64,000 nt of DNA from an uncultured delta proteobacterium (lineage in GTDB: Bacteria; Myxococcota; Myxococcia; Myxococcales; Anaeromyxobacteraceae): contig CAVYBH010000011.1 in NCBI GenBank assembly GCA_963766715.1, positions 64,001-128,000 of the forward strand, given 5' to 3'. How positions within the stretch are numbered: position 1 is the first letter of the stretch; the number at the start of each line of letters is the position of its first letter. The position numbers were made by a program, and so were the translations under genes. Positions 1 through 10,652 of the stretch are shown in pieces. Under the pieces are notes generated by a model. That model searched no databases. It was not told where the DNA came from and saw only the letters and a list, made by a program, of their open reading frames with translations.

Positions 1-936
1 TCCGGCGCGTGCCCCAGGCCACGGCCGAGAAGGTCCTCAAGCACTTCGCCGAGATCCTCGACGTGCTGGTCTTCACCGGCCACAAGAACCTCCTCACCGC
101 CCGCCTCCACATCGAGGCCGTGCAGGAGTCCTACCGCGAGGTCCAGGAGAAGAACCGGCAGCTCGAGGGGGCCTACCAGGCGCTGAAGGAGCTCGACCGG
201 CTCAAGTCCAACTTCCTCGCCACCATGAGCCACGAGCTCCGCACCCCGCTCACCAGCGTCATCGGCTACTCGGAGATGATGCTGGAGGGGCTGGGCGGCC
301 CGCTCACCGCCGAGCAGCGCGAGTACCTCCAGATCATCATGGACAAGGGGGAGAGCCTGCTCGGGCTCATCACCTCCATCCTCGACATCTCCAAGATCGA
401 GGCCGGCCGCGTGAAGCTGGTGGTCTCGGACGTGGACGTGAACACCATCATGCGGGACGCGGTCGCCACCGTGACCCCGCACGCGCGGAAGAAGGGGCTG
501 CGGGTGGCCTGGCAGCCGGCCCAGATGCCCCGGGTCCAGTGCGATCGCGAGAAGATCCGCCAGTCGCTCATCAACCTGGTGTCGAACGCGGTCAAGTTCA
601 CCCCCTCCGGCGGCGCGGTGAACGTGCAGGCCCGCGCCGACGGCGACGACCGGGTGGCCATCCAGGTGGTGGACTCCGGCATCGGCATCGCGCCGCAGAA
701 CCTGGCGCGCGTCTTCGACGTCTTCTTCCAGGTGGACGGCTCGACGACCCGCGAGTTCGGCGGCGCCGGCCTCGGCCTGGCCATCGTGAAGAGCTACGTG
801 GAGGCCCACGCCGGCGACGTCAGGGTCGAGTCGGCGCCCGGAGCAGGGCACGACCTTCACCATCTCGCTCCCGGTGATGGCGTCCGGACCGGCGGCCCTG
901 GCCGTGCGGGCCACCCCGACGGCCGCGGCGGGTTAG
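1..936 (+). CDS. Sensor histidine kinase (HisKA + HATPase), 5'-truncated by window edge; indel near 845
   Basis: H-box FLATMSHELRTPL, N-box NLVSNAVKFT, DSGIGI and GAGLGLAIVK; after a frame change GTTFTISLP continues to TAG at 934-936. Confidence 0.9.
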
Positions 937-942
937 CTCCGC

Positions 943-1930
943 GTGGCGCGCCCGGGCGAGTTCCAGCTCATCGAGCGGTTCACCCGGGGCTTCCGCGCCG
1001 GAGAGGGCGTGCAGGTCGGCATCGGCGACGACGCGGCCGTGCTGCGGCCGCCCGCCGGGCACGACCTGGTGGCCACGGTGGACGCGGTGGTGGAGGGCGT
1101 CCACTTCGGGAGCGGCTTCTCTCCCGAGGACGTCGGGTGGAAGTCACTCGCCGTGAATCTCTCCGACCTGGCCGCCATGGGAGCGAGGCCCCTCTGGGCG
1201 CTCGTGGCGCTGGCCACGCCCCGCGGCACGGACCCGCGCTGGCTCGCCCGGGTCGGGCGGGGGATCGCCCGCTGTGCCCGCGCGCACGGCACGAGCGTGG
1301 TCGGGGGGAACGTCACGGCCGCCGACCAGGTCTCGGTGACGGTGACGGTGGTGGGCGCGGTCCGGCGCGGCCGCGCGCTGCTCCGGACGGGCGCCCGCGC
1401 CGGGCGACCTGATCCTGGTGAGCGGGAGCCTGGGCGACGCGGCCCTGGGGCTCGAGTCCGGCGCCCCGGCGGCGCTCCGGGCGCGGCAGAGGCGCCCCAC
1501 GCCGAGGCTCGCGCTCGGCCGGGCGGCGGCCGGCATCGCGCACGCGGCCATCGACGTCTCCGACGGGCTGATCCAGGACCTGGGGCACCTCTGCGAGTCC
1601 TCCGGCGTCGGGGCGCGCGTGGACCTCGAGCGGCTGCCGCTCTCCCGGGGCTACCGGGCCCTCACCGCGGGCCGGGCGGATCCCCACGAGGAGGCACTCG
1701 CCGGCGGGGAGGACTACGAGCTGGTGCTCGCGGTGCCGCCGTCCCGGCTCCCGGCCATGCGAGCGGCGGCCCGCCGCACCCGCACGCCGGTGGCGGTGAT
1801 CGGCGAGATCGAGTCGAGGACCGGGATCCGGGTGGTGAAAGGTGGGGGCGGCCTTCATCGGCTGCGCCGGGCCGGCCACGATCACCTCCGTTCCGGACCC
1901 GTTATTGGACCGGGGCGCCGCAGGGCGTAG
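943..1930 (+). CDS. thiL: Thiamine-monophosphate kinase; indel near 1400
   Basis: [34 protein letters not shown] in the first frame; [23 protein letters not shown] in the second frame. Confidence 0.93.
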
Positions 1931-1967
1931 GATCCCGGGGTCCCCGGAATCCGCCAGAGGAGTGCCC

Positions 1968-3368
1968 GTGTCGAGGAGCCTGCGCCAGGACCGCCCATCG
2001 AACCGCCCGCCGGCGCGCGGACAGGACACGCCCCCCCACCTCGTGGCGCTGCGCGGCCGTCCGCCCGACCGGGACCTGCGCGCGCCGTCCCCGCCCCCGG
2101 GGCGCAGCGTGTCGCTCCAGACCAAGCTCCTCCTCTCCTACGTCAGCCTGGGGGTCTTCCTCCTCTTCGCCACGCCGATCGTGAAGGGCCGGCTCCTGCC
2201 CGACCGCCCGATCGTGGCGGACGCGGTGCTGGTGGCGCTCACGCTGGTGGCGGGCTACGCGCTCTCCACCGCCGTGCTCCGCGTCTCCCGGCTGGCCCGC
2301 CTCAAGTTCTCGGCGGTGGAGATCAGCGGCGGCGACCTCTCGAAGAGCGTGGTCTCCGAGGAGCAGCGCGGCTTCCACGACGAGGTCGACGACCTCACCG
2401 GCTCGATCCGCACCATGCAGGAGAACCTGCGCGACCTCGTCTCGCGCATCCAGCGCACCGCCCAGTCGGTGGCCGAGAGCGCCAACGAGCTGCAGACCTC
2501 CGCCGAGGAGGTGAACGCCTCCACCGACGAGGTGGCGAGCTCGATGGCCAAGATCGCCCAGGGCGCCGAGGAGCAGTCCGGCCTGGTGGAGCGGACCTCG
2601 AAGGTCATCGGCGACATCGCCGCCTCCATCGAGCGCACCGCCCGCAGCGCCGAGGAGGCCGCCAAGGCCAGCGCCGACACCTCCTCCGGCGCCACCCAGT
2701 CGGGCGAGGCGGCGCGGCTGGCCGCCGAGAAGGTGAAGAAGGTCTTCGCCCGGATCGAGGTGGCGAGCGAGCAGGTCTTCGCCTTCGGCGAGCGGACCCG
2801 CGAGATCACCCAGATCGTGGAGGTGATCACCAGCATCTCCCAGCAGACCAACCTGCTCGCCCTGAACGCCACCATCGAGGCGGCCCGCGCCGGGGAGTAC
2901 GGGCGCGGCTTCGCGGTGGTGGCCGAGGAGGTCCGCAAGCTGGCCGAGAGCGCCGGGCGCTCCGCCGAGCAGATCTCGGCGGTGGCCGCCGACGTCTCCG
3001 CGCGGGCCTCCGGCGTCGTCCAGGCCATGCGGGCCTCGGTGGCCGAGCTGGGCGAGGGGCGCGAGGACCTGAACGCCATCATGCGCTCGCTCGACGGCAT
3101 CGCCGGCGTCGCCGCGGCCGGTGCGGACAAGGTCCGCGTCATCTCCGAGTCGGCGCGGGACCAGCTCCAGGGCTCGGCCGACATGGTCCGCGCGATGGAC
3201 GACATCTCCGACGTGGCCACCGGCAACGCCACCTCCACCGAGGAGGTCCGCAAGGTGATCGTCGAGCAGACCGCCTCGGTCTCCCAGATGGCGAGCGCCG
3301 CCCAGGAGCTCCTCAACCTCTCCCTCGAGCTGCAGAGCGTCGTCTCGCGGTTCCGCCTCGACCGGTAG
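1968..3368 (+). CDS. Methyl-accepting chemotaxis protein (DifA-like: 2 TM, HAMP, MA domain, no large periplasmic domain)
   Basis: [35 protein letters not shown] hairpin tip; two closely spaced hydrophobic segments; AGAGGAG RBS before GTG 1968. Confidence 0.92.
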   Translation: MSRSLRQDRPSNRPPARGQDTPPHLVALRGRPPDRDLRAPSPPPGRSVSLQTKLLLSYVSLGVFLLFATPIVKGRLLPDRPIVADAVLVALTLVAGYALSTAVLRVSRLARLKFSAVEISGGDLSKSVVSEEQRGFHDEVDDLTGSIRTMQENLRDLVSRIQRTAQSVAESANELQTSAEEVNASTDEVASSMAKIAQGAEEQSGLVERTSKVIGDIAASIERTARSAEEAAKASADTSSGATQSGEAARLAAEKVKKVFARIEVASEQVFAFGERTREITQIVEVITSISQQTNLLALNATIEAARAGEYGRGFAVVAEEVRKLAESAGRSAEQISAVAADVSARASGVVQAMRASVAELGEGREDLNAIMRSLDGIAGVAAAGADKVRVISESARDQLQGSADMVRAMDDISDVATGNATSTEEVRKVIVEQTASVSQMASAAQELLNLSLELQSVVSRFRLDR

Positions 3369-3371
3369 GCC

Positions 3372-3810
3372 GTGGACGCCGACCCGCGCCACGTCCTCAT
3401 CCGCGCCGGGGGCGAGCGATTCGCCCTCCCGCTGGAGAGCGTGACCGTGGTCGTCCCTCCCGCGCCCCCCTTCGCCCACGTGCCGCGCACCGGGCCGCCG
3501 GTCCTGGGGGCCATGAGCCTGCGGGGGCGGGTGGTCGCGGTGGTGGAGCTGGCGCCCCTGCTGGGCCTGGCCGGGGCGCGCGCCCGGCGACGGGGGCGGG
3601 CAGGTGCTCGTGCTCGACCGGGAGCGGCGGGCGCTCGGCTTCCTCGTCGACGGGGTGCTGGGCGTCGAGCCGGTGGACCCGCCCGACCGGCCCGGCGATG
3701 GACTTCCGGTGAAGGGGCTCTCCACGGTCCGGGGATTCCCGGTGGCGGTCCTCGACCCCGACGCGCTGGCCGCGGCGGCCCAGCGGCTCTTCCGGGGCCG
3801 GTCCGGGTAG
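3372..3810 (+). CDS. cheW: CheW coupling protein (DifC-like); indel near 3580
   Basis: ERFALPLESV, VPRTGPPVLGAMSLRGRVVAVVEL, then LGFLVDGVLGV in the next frame; position between MCP and CheY. Confidence 0.85.
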
Positions 3811-3911
3811 GGCGGCGACCCACCCGACGCTTCCTTCCGCCGGGCCGGTGCGGGTGGTAGCGTGGGGACCTGGAATCCCGCATCCAAACCCCGCGGGACT
3901 CGGATCCTCCC

Positions 3912-4280
3912 ATGCCGAAGAGAGTCCTCATCGTCGACGACGCGGTCTTCATGCGGAACATGATCCGCGACATCTTCGCCAGCGCGGGCTTCGAGGTCGT
4001 CGGCGAGGCCGCCAACGGCCTGGAGGCGGTGGAGAAGTTCCGCGAGCTCCGCCCCGACCTCACCACGATGGACATCGTCATGCCCTTCAAGAGCGGCATC
4101 GAGGCCACCCGGGAGATCGTGAAGGTCGACCCGCGCGCGGTGGTGGTCATGTGCAGCGCGCTCGGGCAGGAGGCGCTGGTGATGGAGGCCATCGAGGCGG
4201 GGGCCAGCGACTTCATCGTGAAGCCGTTCAAGTCCGAGGACGTCGTCTCCGTCGTGAAGAAGGTCCTGGGCGAGGCCTGA
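3912..4280 (+). CDS. cheY: Single-domain response regulator CheY (DifD-like)
   Basis: VLIVDDAVFMR, TMDIVMP, VMCSALGQ, FIVKPF. Confidence 0.95.
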   Translation: MPKRVLIVDDAVFMRNMIRDIFASAGFEVVGEAANGLEAVEKFRELRPDLTTMDIVMPFKSGIEATREIVKVDPRAVVVMCSALGQEALVMEAIEAGASDFIVKPFKSEDVVSVVKKVLGEA

Positions 4281-4303
4281 TCGGCGGCCGGGAGAGACCC
4301 ACG

Positions 4304-6316
4304 GTGAACTGGGACCTCTCGAGATACCTGGCGCTCTTCGTCTCCGAGTCGAAGGAGCACCTGGACGCGCTGGCGCAGGGGCTGGTGCGGCTGGAGCGCG
4401 CCGGCGCCGGCGGCGAGGACCCGGCCCCCCTCGTCGACGAGCTCTTCCGGCACGCACACAGCGTGAAGGGCATGGCGGCGGCCATGCAGCAGGAGGGCAT
4501 CGCCCACGTGGCCCACCGGGCCGAGGACGTGATCGGGGTGCTGCGGGCGCAGGGAGGCGTCCCCGGCCCCGACGTGGTGGACGTCCTGCTCGCCGCCACC
4601 GACGCCATCACCGCGATGGTGGAGCAGGCCGCCACCGGCACGACCCCGGCCGCCGACGAGGCCGTCTCCGCCCGCCTCGACGCGCAGGCGAGCCGCCTGA
4701 GGGGCATCGCTCCCGCCGAGCCGGCTTCCCCCGGCGCGGCGGGCGAGGCGCAGGCGAGCGCCGCGGACGCGGACGAGCCGCTCCTGGGCGAGGCGGCGCC
4801 CGCGCCCGCCCGGACCGCTGCGCCGCCGGCGCCCCCGCCTCCCGCCCCGCCGTCCGGGCGACGCCTCCGGATCGAGGTGGAGGTGTCGGCGTCGAGCCCG
4901 GTCCCCGCCATCCGCGGCTTCCTGGTGCTGAAGCGGCTCGGGGACACGGCCCGGATCGCCTCGTCGAGCCCGACCGTCGACGAGCTCCGCGCCGGCCGGA
5001 TGCCCGATCGGCGGCTCACCGCCGAGATCGAGACCTCGTCGACCCCGGAGGAGATCACCCGCACCCTCGAGCAGATCGCCGACCTGGCCCGGGTCGAGGT
5101 GCGCGAGGCGACCCCGGTCGCGCCGTCCGCGCCGGCGCCTCCCGAGCCGCCCGCCGAGCCGCCCCGCACGGTCCGGGTGCGCGCCGAGATGCTCGACGAC
5201 TTCCTCGACGTGGCCGGCGAGCTCCTCCTCGCCACGGCCCGGCTGCGGGAGGCCGGTCGCGCCATCCCGGAACCGCAGCGGCGCGAGCACGACGAGGGGG
5301 TGGACCGGCTCCAGGCCATCGCCAAGGACCTCCACCGGAAGGTGATGTCGGCCCGGATGACGCCGCTCACCGCCCTCTCGGCGCGGCTCCCGCGAGCCGC
5401 CCGCGACCTGGCGCGCCGCACCGGGAAGCAGGTCGACGTGGTGGTGACCGGCGCCGAGATCGAGGTGGACCGGGCGCTGCTCGACGAGATCGGCGATCCG
5501 CTGCTGCACCTGCTCCGGAACGCGGTGGACCACGGCATCGAGACCGCGGCCCAGCGCATCGCCTCCGGGAAGCGCCCCACCGGCCGCATCGAGGTGTCGG
5601 CGCGGCGCGATCGCGACCGGGTCATCCTCGAGGTCTCCGACGACGGCCGGGGCATGGACGCCGCGGCGCTGCGCCGGGCGGCGGTGGCGAACGGGGCCAT
5701 CGCGGCCGAGGCCGCCGCGAACCTCCCCGACGCCGACGTCCTCCTGCTCGCCTGCCTGCCCGGGGTGTCCACGGCCAGCCAGGTGACCGAGGTCTCCGGG
5801 CGCGGCGTGGGGATGGACGCGGTGAAGCGCAGCGCCGAGGCGCTGGGCGGCACCCTCTCCATCGAGAGCCAGCCCGGCAAGGGCACGAGGTTCACCCTGA
5901 GGCTCCCCCTCACGGTGGCCATGCAGCCGGTGCTCCTCGTCCGGGTGGGCACCGAGATCCTGGCCATCCCGGTCTCCAAGGTCCACGGGGCCGCCGAGGC
6001 CCGGCTGGAGCTCCTGGAGCGCGCCGGCGGGGCCCCCCAGCTCGCCTTCGGAGGCGGCCACGTGCCGGTGCACGACCTGGGCGTCCTGCTGGGCACCGGC
6101 CCGGCGCCGGGGGGCGGACGCCGCTCCGTGGTCGTCACGGATAGTGACACGGGCAGGGTGGGCCTGGCGGTCGACCAGCTGCTCGGGCAGCAGGAGGCGG
6201 TGCTGAAGCCGCTCCACGGCCCGCTCTCGCTGGTGCCCGGCCTCTCGGCGGTGACCGTCCTCGGGAACGGGCGCCCGGTCTTCGTGCTGGACGTCCCCCG
6301 GCTGGTGGCCGCATGA
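4304..6316 (+). CDS. cheA: Chemotaxis histidine kinase CheA (DifE-like)
   Basis: Hpt LFRHAHSVKGMAA, HLLRNAVDHGIE, SDDGRGMD, SGRGVGMDAV, C-terminal CheW domain. Confidence 0.95.
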   Translation: MNWDLSRYLALFVSESKEHLDALAQGLVRLERAGAGGEDPAPLVDELFRHAHSVKGMAAAMQQEGIAHVAHRAEDVIGVLRAQGGVPGPDVVDVLLAATDAITAMVEQAATGTTPAADEAVSARLDAQASRLRGIAPAEPASPGAAGEAQASAADADEPLLGEAAPAPARTAAPPAPPPPAPPSGRRLRIEVEVSASSPVPAIRGFLVLKRLGDTARIASSSPTVDELRAGRMPDRRLTAEIETSSTPEEITRTLEQIADLARVEVREATPVAPSAPAPPEPPAEPPRTVRVRAEMLDDFLDVAGELLLATARLREAGRAIPEPQRREHDEGVDRLQAIAKDLHRKVMSARMTPLTALSARLPRAARDLARRTGKQVDVVVTGAEIEVDRALLDEIGDPLLHLLRNAVDHGIETAAQRIASGKRPTGRIEVSARRDRDRVILEVSDDGRGMDAAALRRAAVANGAIAAEAAANLPDADVLLLACLPGVSTASQVTEVSGRGVGMDAVKRSAEALGGTLSIESQPGKGTRFTLRLPLTVAMQPVLLVRVGTEILAIPVSKVHGAAEARLELLERAGGAPQLAFGGGHVPVHDLGVLLGTGPAPGGGRRSVVVTDSDTGRVGLAVDQLLGQQEAVLKPLHGPLSLVPGLSAVTVLGNGRPVFVLDVPRLVAA

Positions 6317-6903
6317 GCGCCGCCGATCCGCGCCACGCGGCGGCCCTCGAGGCGCTCTGCGAGCTGGCCGCCGAGGGCGGGCGGGAGGCCGCCCGCACCG
6401 TCGGGAAGCTGGTGGGACGCACCGCCAGCATCGGGGAGGTGCAGCTGGTGATCGGTCCCGATCCGGCCGGCGTGGCGCGGCTGGTGGGGCGCCCCGACCT
6501 GGAGCTGGTGGCCGTCGCCATGGAGCTGCAGGACCCGGTGGGCGGCCGGCTCGTCCTCCTGGTGGCGGCCGACGAGGCGGAGCGGGTCTCGCAGACGCTC
6601 GTGCCCGACGCCGCCGCCGGCTCCCTCGACGCGGTGGGGGAGAGCGCGCTCGTCGAGGTGGGGAACATCGCGGGATCGGCCTTCGTGTCGGCGCTGGCCC
6701 GGAAGCTCCACCTGCGCCAGCTGCACGGCGTGCCCCGCCTGACGCGGGGCAACCCGCGGGAGTGCCTGGACGTCCTGGCCCCGGGCGCGTCCGGCCCGGC
6801 ACTGGGGGTGCGATTCGGGTGCCCGGAGGCGAGCGGGACCTTACTCCTCCTCCCGGACCCGGCCCGGCTCGACCGGCTCGCCGCAGCCCTGGAGGCAAGC
6901 TGA
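6313..6903 (+). CDS. cheC: CheC-like phosphatase (DifG-like), divergent
   Basis: [10 protein letters not shown] (ExxN) motif; ATGA overlap with cheA. Confidence 0.8.
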   Translation: MSAADPRHAAALEALCELAAEGGREAARTVGKLVGRTASIGEVQLVIGPDPAGVARLVGRPDLELVAVAMELQDPVGGRLVLLVAADEAERVSQTLVPDAAAGSLDAVGESALVEVGNIAGSAFVSALARKLHLRQLHGVPRLTRGNPRECLDVLAPGASGPALGVRFGCPEASGTLLLLPDPARLDRLAAALEAS

Positions 6904-7646
6904 TGGACGAGAAGGCGCTGCGGCAGCTGCTGGCCCGCCTCCGGCGGGGCGACGCCGGCGTCGACGAGGTGGTGGGCGCGCTCAAGGGCGCGCCCTTCGA
7001 GGACCTGGGCGGCTTCGCCACCCTCGACCACCACCGGACGCTGCGCGTGGGGATGCCCGAGGTGGTGCTCGCCGAGCGCAAGACCGCGGCGCAGGTCGCG
7101 GCCATCGCCCGCAAGCTCGCGGCGCGGGGCCCGCTCCTCGTCACCCGGCTCGACCCCGACAAGGCCGGACCGGCGCGCCGCGCCGTCCGCGGGTCCCGCT
7201 ACGACCCGGTCTCCCGCACGCTGTCCCGGGGGCGCATGGACCTGCCGGTGCGCGGACCGGTGGCGGTCTGCTGCGCCGGCACGAGCGACATCCCGGTGTG
7301 CGAGGAGGCGGTCGTCACGCTCGACGTGATGGGCGTCGACGCCATCCGGGTCTACGACGTCGGCGTGGCCGGCCTGCACCGGCTGCTCGCCCGCCGCGGC
7401 GACCTGGACCGGGCGGTGGCGGTGATCGTGGCGGCCGGCATGGAGGGGGCGCTCCCCAGCGTGGTGGGCGGCCTGGTGGGCAAGCCGGTGGTGGGGCTCC
7501 CGACCTCGGTCGGGTACGGGGCCAGCCTGGGCGGCCTGGCGCCGCTCTTCACCATGCTCAACTCCTGCGCGCCGAACGTGTCGGTCGTGAACGTCGACAA
7601 CGGCTTCGGCGCCGGGTTCGTGGCCGGGCTCATCGCCCGGCAGTGA
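6903..7646 (+). CDS. larB: Nickel-pincer cofactor biosynthesis protein LarB (AIR carboxylase-like)
   Basis: [82 protein letters not shown]. Confidence 0.93.
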   Translation: MDEKALRQLLARLRRGDAGVDEVVGALKGAPFEDLGGFATLDHHRTLRVGMPEVVLAERKTAAQVAAIARKLAARGPLLVTRLDPDKAGPARRAVRGSRYDPVSRTLSRGRMDLPVRGPVAVCCAGTSDIPVCEEAVVTLDVMGVDAIRVYDVGVAGLHRLLARRGDLDRAVAVIVAAGMEGALPSVVGGLVGKPVVGLPTSVGYGASLGGLAPLFTMLNSCAPNVSVVNVDNGFGAGFVAGLIARQ

Positions 7647-7657
7647 AGGCGGAGGGG

Positions 7658-8830
7658 ATGGCGAAGATCCTGCTGCTCGAGCCGGTCGGCGGAATCGCCG
7701 GGGACATGTTCCTCGCGGCGGCCCTCGACCTGGGCGTGGACCGGGCCGCGCTCGACGGCGCGCTCGCCACGCTCGGCGTCCCGGGCTTCCGGCTGCTCGC
7801 CACCCGGGCCGAGTCGGGCGGGGTGCGGGGAACGCACGTCGACGTGCTGGTGCCGGAGGGAGAGACCCGGGCGCGCCACCTCCCGGAGATCCTCGCCCTC
7901 GTCGACGGGAGCGGCCTGTCCCCGCGGTCGCGCGCCGCCGCCCGTGCGGTCTTCGAGCGGATCGGCCGCGCCGAGGCCCGGGTCCACGGCGTCCCCGTCG
8001 AGGAGGTCCACTTCCACGAGGTGGGCGCGCTCGACTCGATCGTCGACGTCTGCGGCGCCGCGGCGGCGATGGAGCTCCTGGGCTGGCCCCGGGTGCTCTG
8101 CGCGCCGCCCGAGCTGGGCCAGGGCTTCGTCTCCACCGCCCACGGGCGCCTGCCCGTGCCGCCGCCGGCGGTGCTCGAGATCCTGAAGGGGATCCCGGTG
8201 CGGCCGGGCGGTCCGCCCGGGGAGGCGGTGACCCCGACCGGCGCCGCGCTCCTCGCCGAGCTGGCGCAGGTGGCCGATCCGGCCACGTTCCCGGCGTTCG
8301 CGCCGGAGCGGATCGGCTACGGCGTGGGAACCGCGCGCTGGCCCGACCGGCCCAACGTGCTGCGCATGACGCTCGGGCGGGAGCTGGCCGGCGGCGCGCT
8401 CTACGTGCTCGAGGCGAACCTCGACGACTGTCCGGGCCAGCTCGTCGCCCGGGCCATCGAGGCCGCGCTGGCCGCCGGGGCGCTCGACGCCTGGGCCGCC
8501 CCGCTCACCATGAAGAAGGGGCGCCCCGGGCTGCTCCTCGGCGCGCTGGCGACCGCCGACCGGCGCGACGCGGTGGCGAGGGTCCTGCTCGACGAGACCA
8601 CCACGCTCGGCGTCCGCTTCCACGCCGTCGACCGCATCGAGCTCGACCGCGAGCTCGTCCCGGTCGCGACGCCCTACGGCGAGGTGCGCGTGAAGGTGGC
8701 GCGCCGCGGCGAGGCCACGGTGGGGGCGCACCCGGAGTACGAGGACTGCCTGGCCCGGGCGCGCGAGCACGGCGTCCCGGTCAAGGAAGTGCTGGCGGCT
8801 GCCGCGGCCGCCTTCCGAGGGGGCCGGTGA
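7658..8830 (+). CDS. larC: Nickel-pincer cofactor nickel-insertion protein LarC
   Basis: [17 protein letters not shown]...[58 protein letters not shown]. Confidence 0.93.
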   Translation: MAKILLLEPVGGIAGDMFLAAALDLGVDRAALDGALATLGVPGFRLLATRAESGGVRGTHVDVLVPEGETRARHLPEILALVDGSGLSPRSRAAARAVFERIGRAEARVHGVPVEEVHFHEVGALDSIVDVCGAAAAMELLGWPRVLCAPPELGQGFVSTAHGRLPVPPPAVLEILKGIPVRPGGPPGEAVTPTGAALLAELAQVADPATFPAFAPERIGYGVGTARWPDRPNVLRMTLGRELAGGALYVLEANLDDCPGQLVARAIEAALAAGALDAWAAPLTMKKGRPGLLLGALATADRRDAVARVLLDETTTLGVRFHAVDRIELDRELVPVATPYGEVRVKVARRGEATVGAHPEYEDCLARAREHGVPVKEVLAAAAAAFRGGR

Positions 8831-10652
8831 CGGAGCCGGTCGCCGCCGCGCTCGAGGGCTCGCCGCTGCCGGCGGCGGTGGTCGAGCGGGGTCTGGTCGC
8901 CTGGGCCAATCCGGCCTTCGGCCGCGCGGTGGGCCTGGACGCGGCGCGCTGCGCGGGCCGGGAGCTGGCCGGGCTCCTGCCGCCCGGCATGGACGTCCGG
9001 GGGCGCCGGGACGGCGACGGCCCGTGGCTCGCGATCCTCGAGGAGGCGGCGCCGGTCGCGGGGCCCGGCACGACCCGGGCGCTGCTCGACCTCTCCCGGG
9101 AGCTGGCCCAGGCGCACGCCCGCGAGGACGTGGCCGCGGCGCTCGCCCGCGCCCTCTCGTCGCTCTTCCCGGGGCGGTCCCACTGCATCCGGCTCGTCGA
9201 TCCGAAGACGCTGGCCCCGGTGGCCATGCTCGGCAGCGCTCCGGCCGCCCCTCCACGGCCCTCCGCCCATCGCCCTGCGCCGCGCGGCGGTGCGCCACGC
9301 CGGCCTCTCGGAGGCGGCGCTCGAGTCGGGCGGCCTCCGGCTGGTCGACGTCGACGTCCCGGTCTGCGAGAGGTGCGTCCGGGCGGTCGCCGTCCCGCTC
9401 GCCGTGGGGAGCCAGCTCTTCGGCGTGGTGAGCCTCGAGTACCCCCCCGGCGCGCCGGGCGATCCCTCCGTCGACGAGCCGCTGCTGCTCCAGGTCGCGA
9501 ACCCCGCCGCCCTCGGCGTCCGGAACCTCCGCTCGGTCGAGGAGCTCACCTTCCTCAAGACCTATCTCGAGGAGCTGCTCGAGAACGCCAACGCCCTCAT
9601 CGTGGTCACCAACCGCCAGCACCAGGTGCTGGTGTTCAACCGGGCCATCGCCCGGCTCACCGGCTTCACCGCCGACGGCGCCCTCGGCGCCGACCTGCTC
9701 TCCCTGCTCCCGGCCGCGGAGCGGGAGCGGACGCGGGCGGTGCTGGAGCGCAGCATCGCCGGAGAGGCGGTCACCGGCTTCGAGACCCGGCTCACGCTGC
9801 AGGCCGGCGGCGAGGCACTGGTGGCCTTCCACACCGCGCCCATCGTGGGGCACGGCGGCGACGTCGAGGGCGTCATCGCCATCGGCCAGGACCTCACCGC
9901 GCTCCGCGCCATGGAGCGGCGCGCCGAGCACTTCCAGCGGCTGGCCGCCTTCGGCCGGCTGGCGGCCGGCATCGTCCACGAGCTCAACAACCCGCTGGTG
10001 GCCGTGGTCACCTACTCCGACCACCTGCTGGAGCGGCGCCGGGGCACCGGCCTCGACCCGGGCGACGCCGAGAAGCTGCGCCGGATCCGGGACGCCGGGG
10101 AGCGGATCCAGAAGCTGGCGCGCGACCTGATCACCTACGCTCGCCCGTCGGACGACCGGCCCGAGTCGCTCGACCTGGGGTCGCTCCTCGACCAGGTGGC
10201 CCGCATGTGCGACCCGGCGCTGCGCGACGCGAAGGCCCGGGTGCGCCTCGAGCTCGAGCCCGCGCCCCGGATCCTGGGCGGTCGGGCCGGGCTGCTCCAG
10301 GTCTTCGTGAACCTGGTCACCAACGCGGCGCACGCGCTGCCGCCCGGAGGGCGGGACGGTCACCCTCGGTCTCAGCGCACGCGGCGACGAGGTGGTGGCG
10401 CGCATCTCCGACGACGGGCGCGGCATGCCGCCCGACGTGCGGGCCCGGATCTTCGAGCCCTTCTTCAGCACCAAGGAGGGTGGGCGAGGGGTGGGGCTGG
10501 GGCTCTCCATCGTCCAGGGAATCGTGGCGCGCCACGGCGGCACCATCGAGGTGGACAGCGAGCCCGGCAAGGGCACGACCTTCACCGTGACGCTGCCGGT
10601 GCGGGGCCCCGACGCCTGGCCCGATCAGCGGACGAGCGACAGCACGCCGTAG
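8827..10652 (+). CDS. PAS/GAF sensor histidine kinase; indels near 9255 and 10350
   Basis: PAS segment [14 protein letters not shown]-box [43 protein letters not shown] across three frames; GTGA overlap with larC. Confidence 0.85.

Noticed and set aside
943..1930. Programmed frameshifting or pseudogene status for thiL and other broken genes
   Set aside because: Indels are too numerous and scattered, show no shared slippery motif that I could see, and the flanking protein motifs are not decayed
2255..7162. Very long alternative-frame and antisense ORFs (e.g. 1635 aa here, 7352-10585, 12059-15169, 57012-60176)
   Set aside because: They overlap well-supported genes and are Arg/Pro/Gly/Ala-rich or mirror codon-biased genes; stop codons are scarce at this GC content
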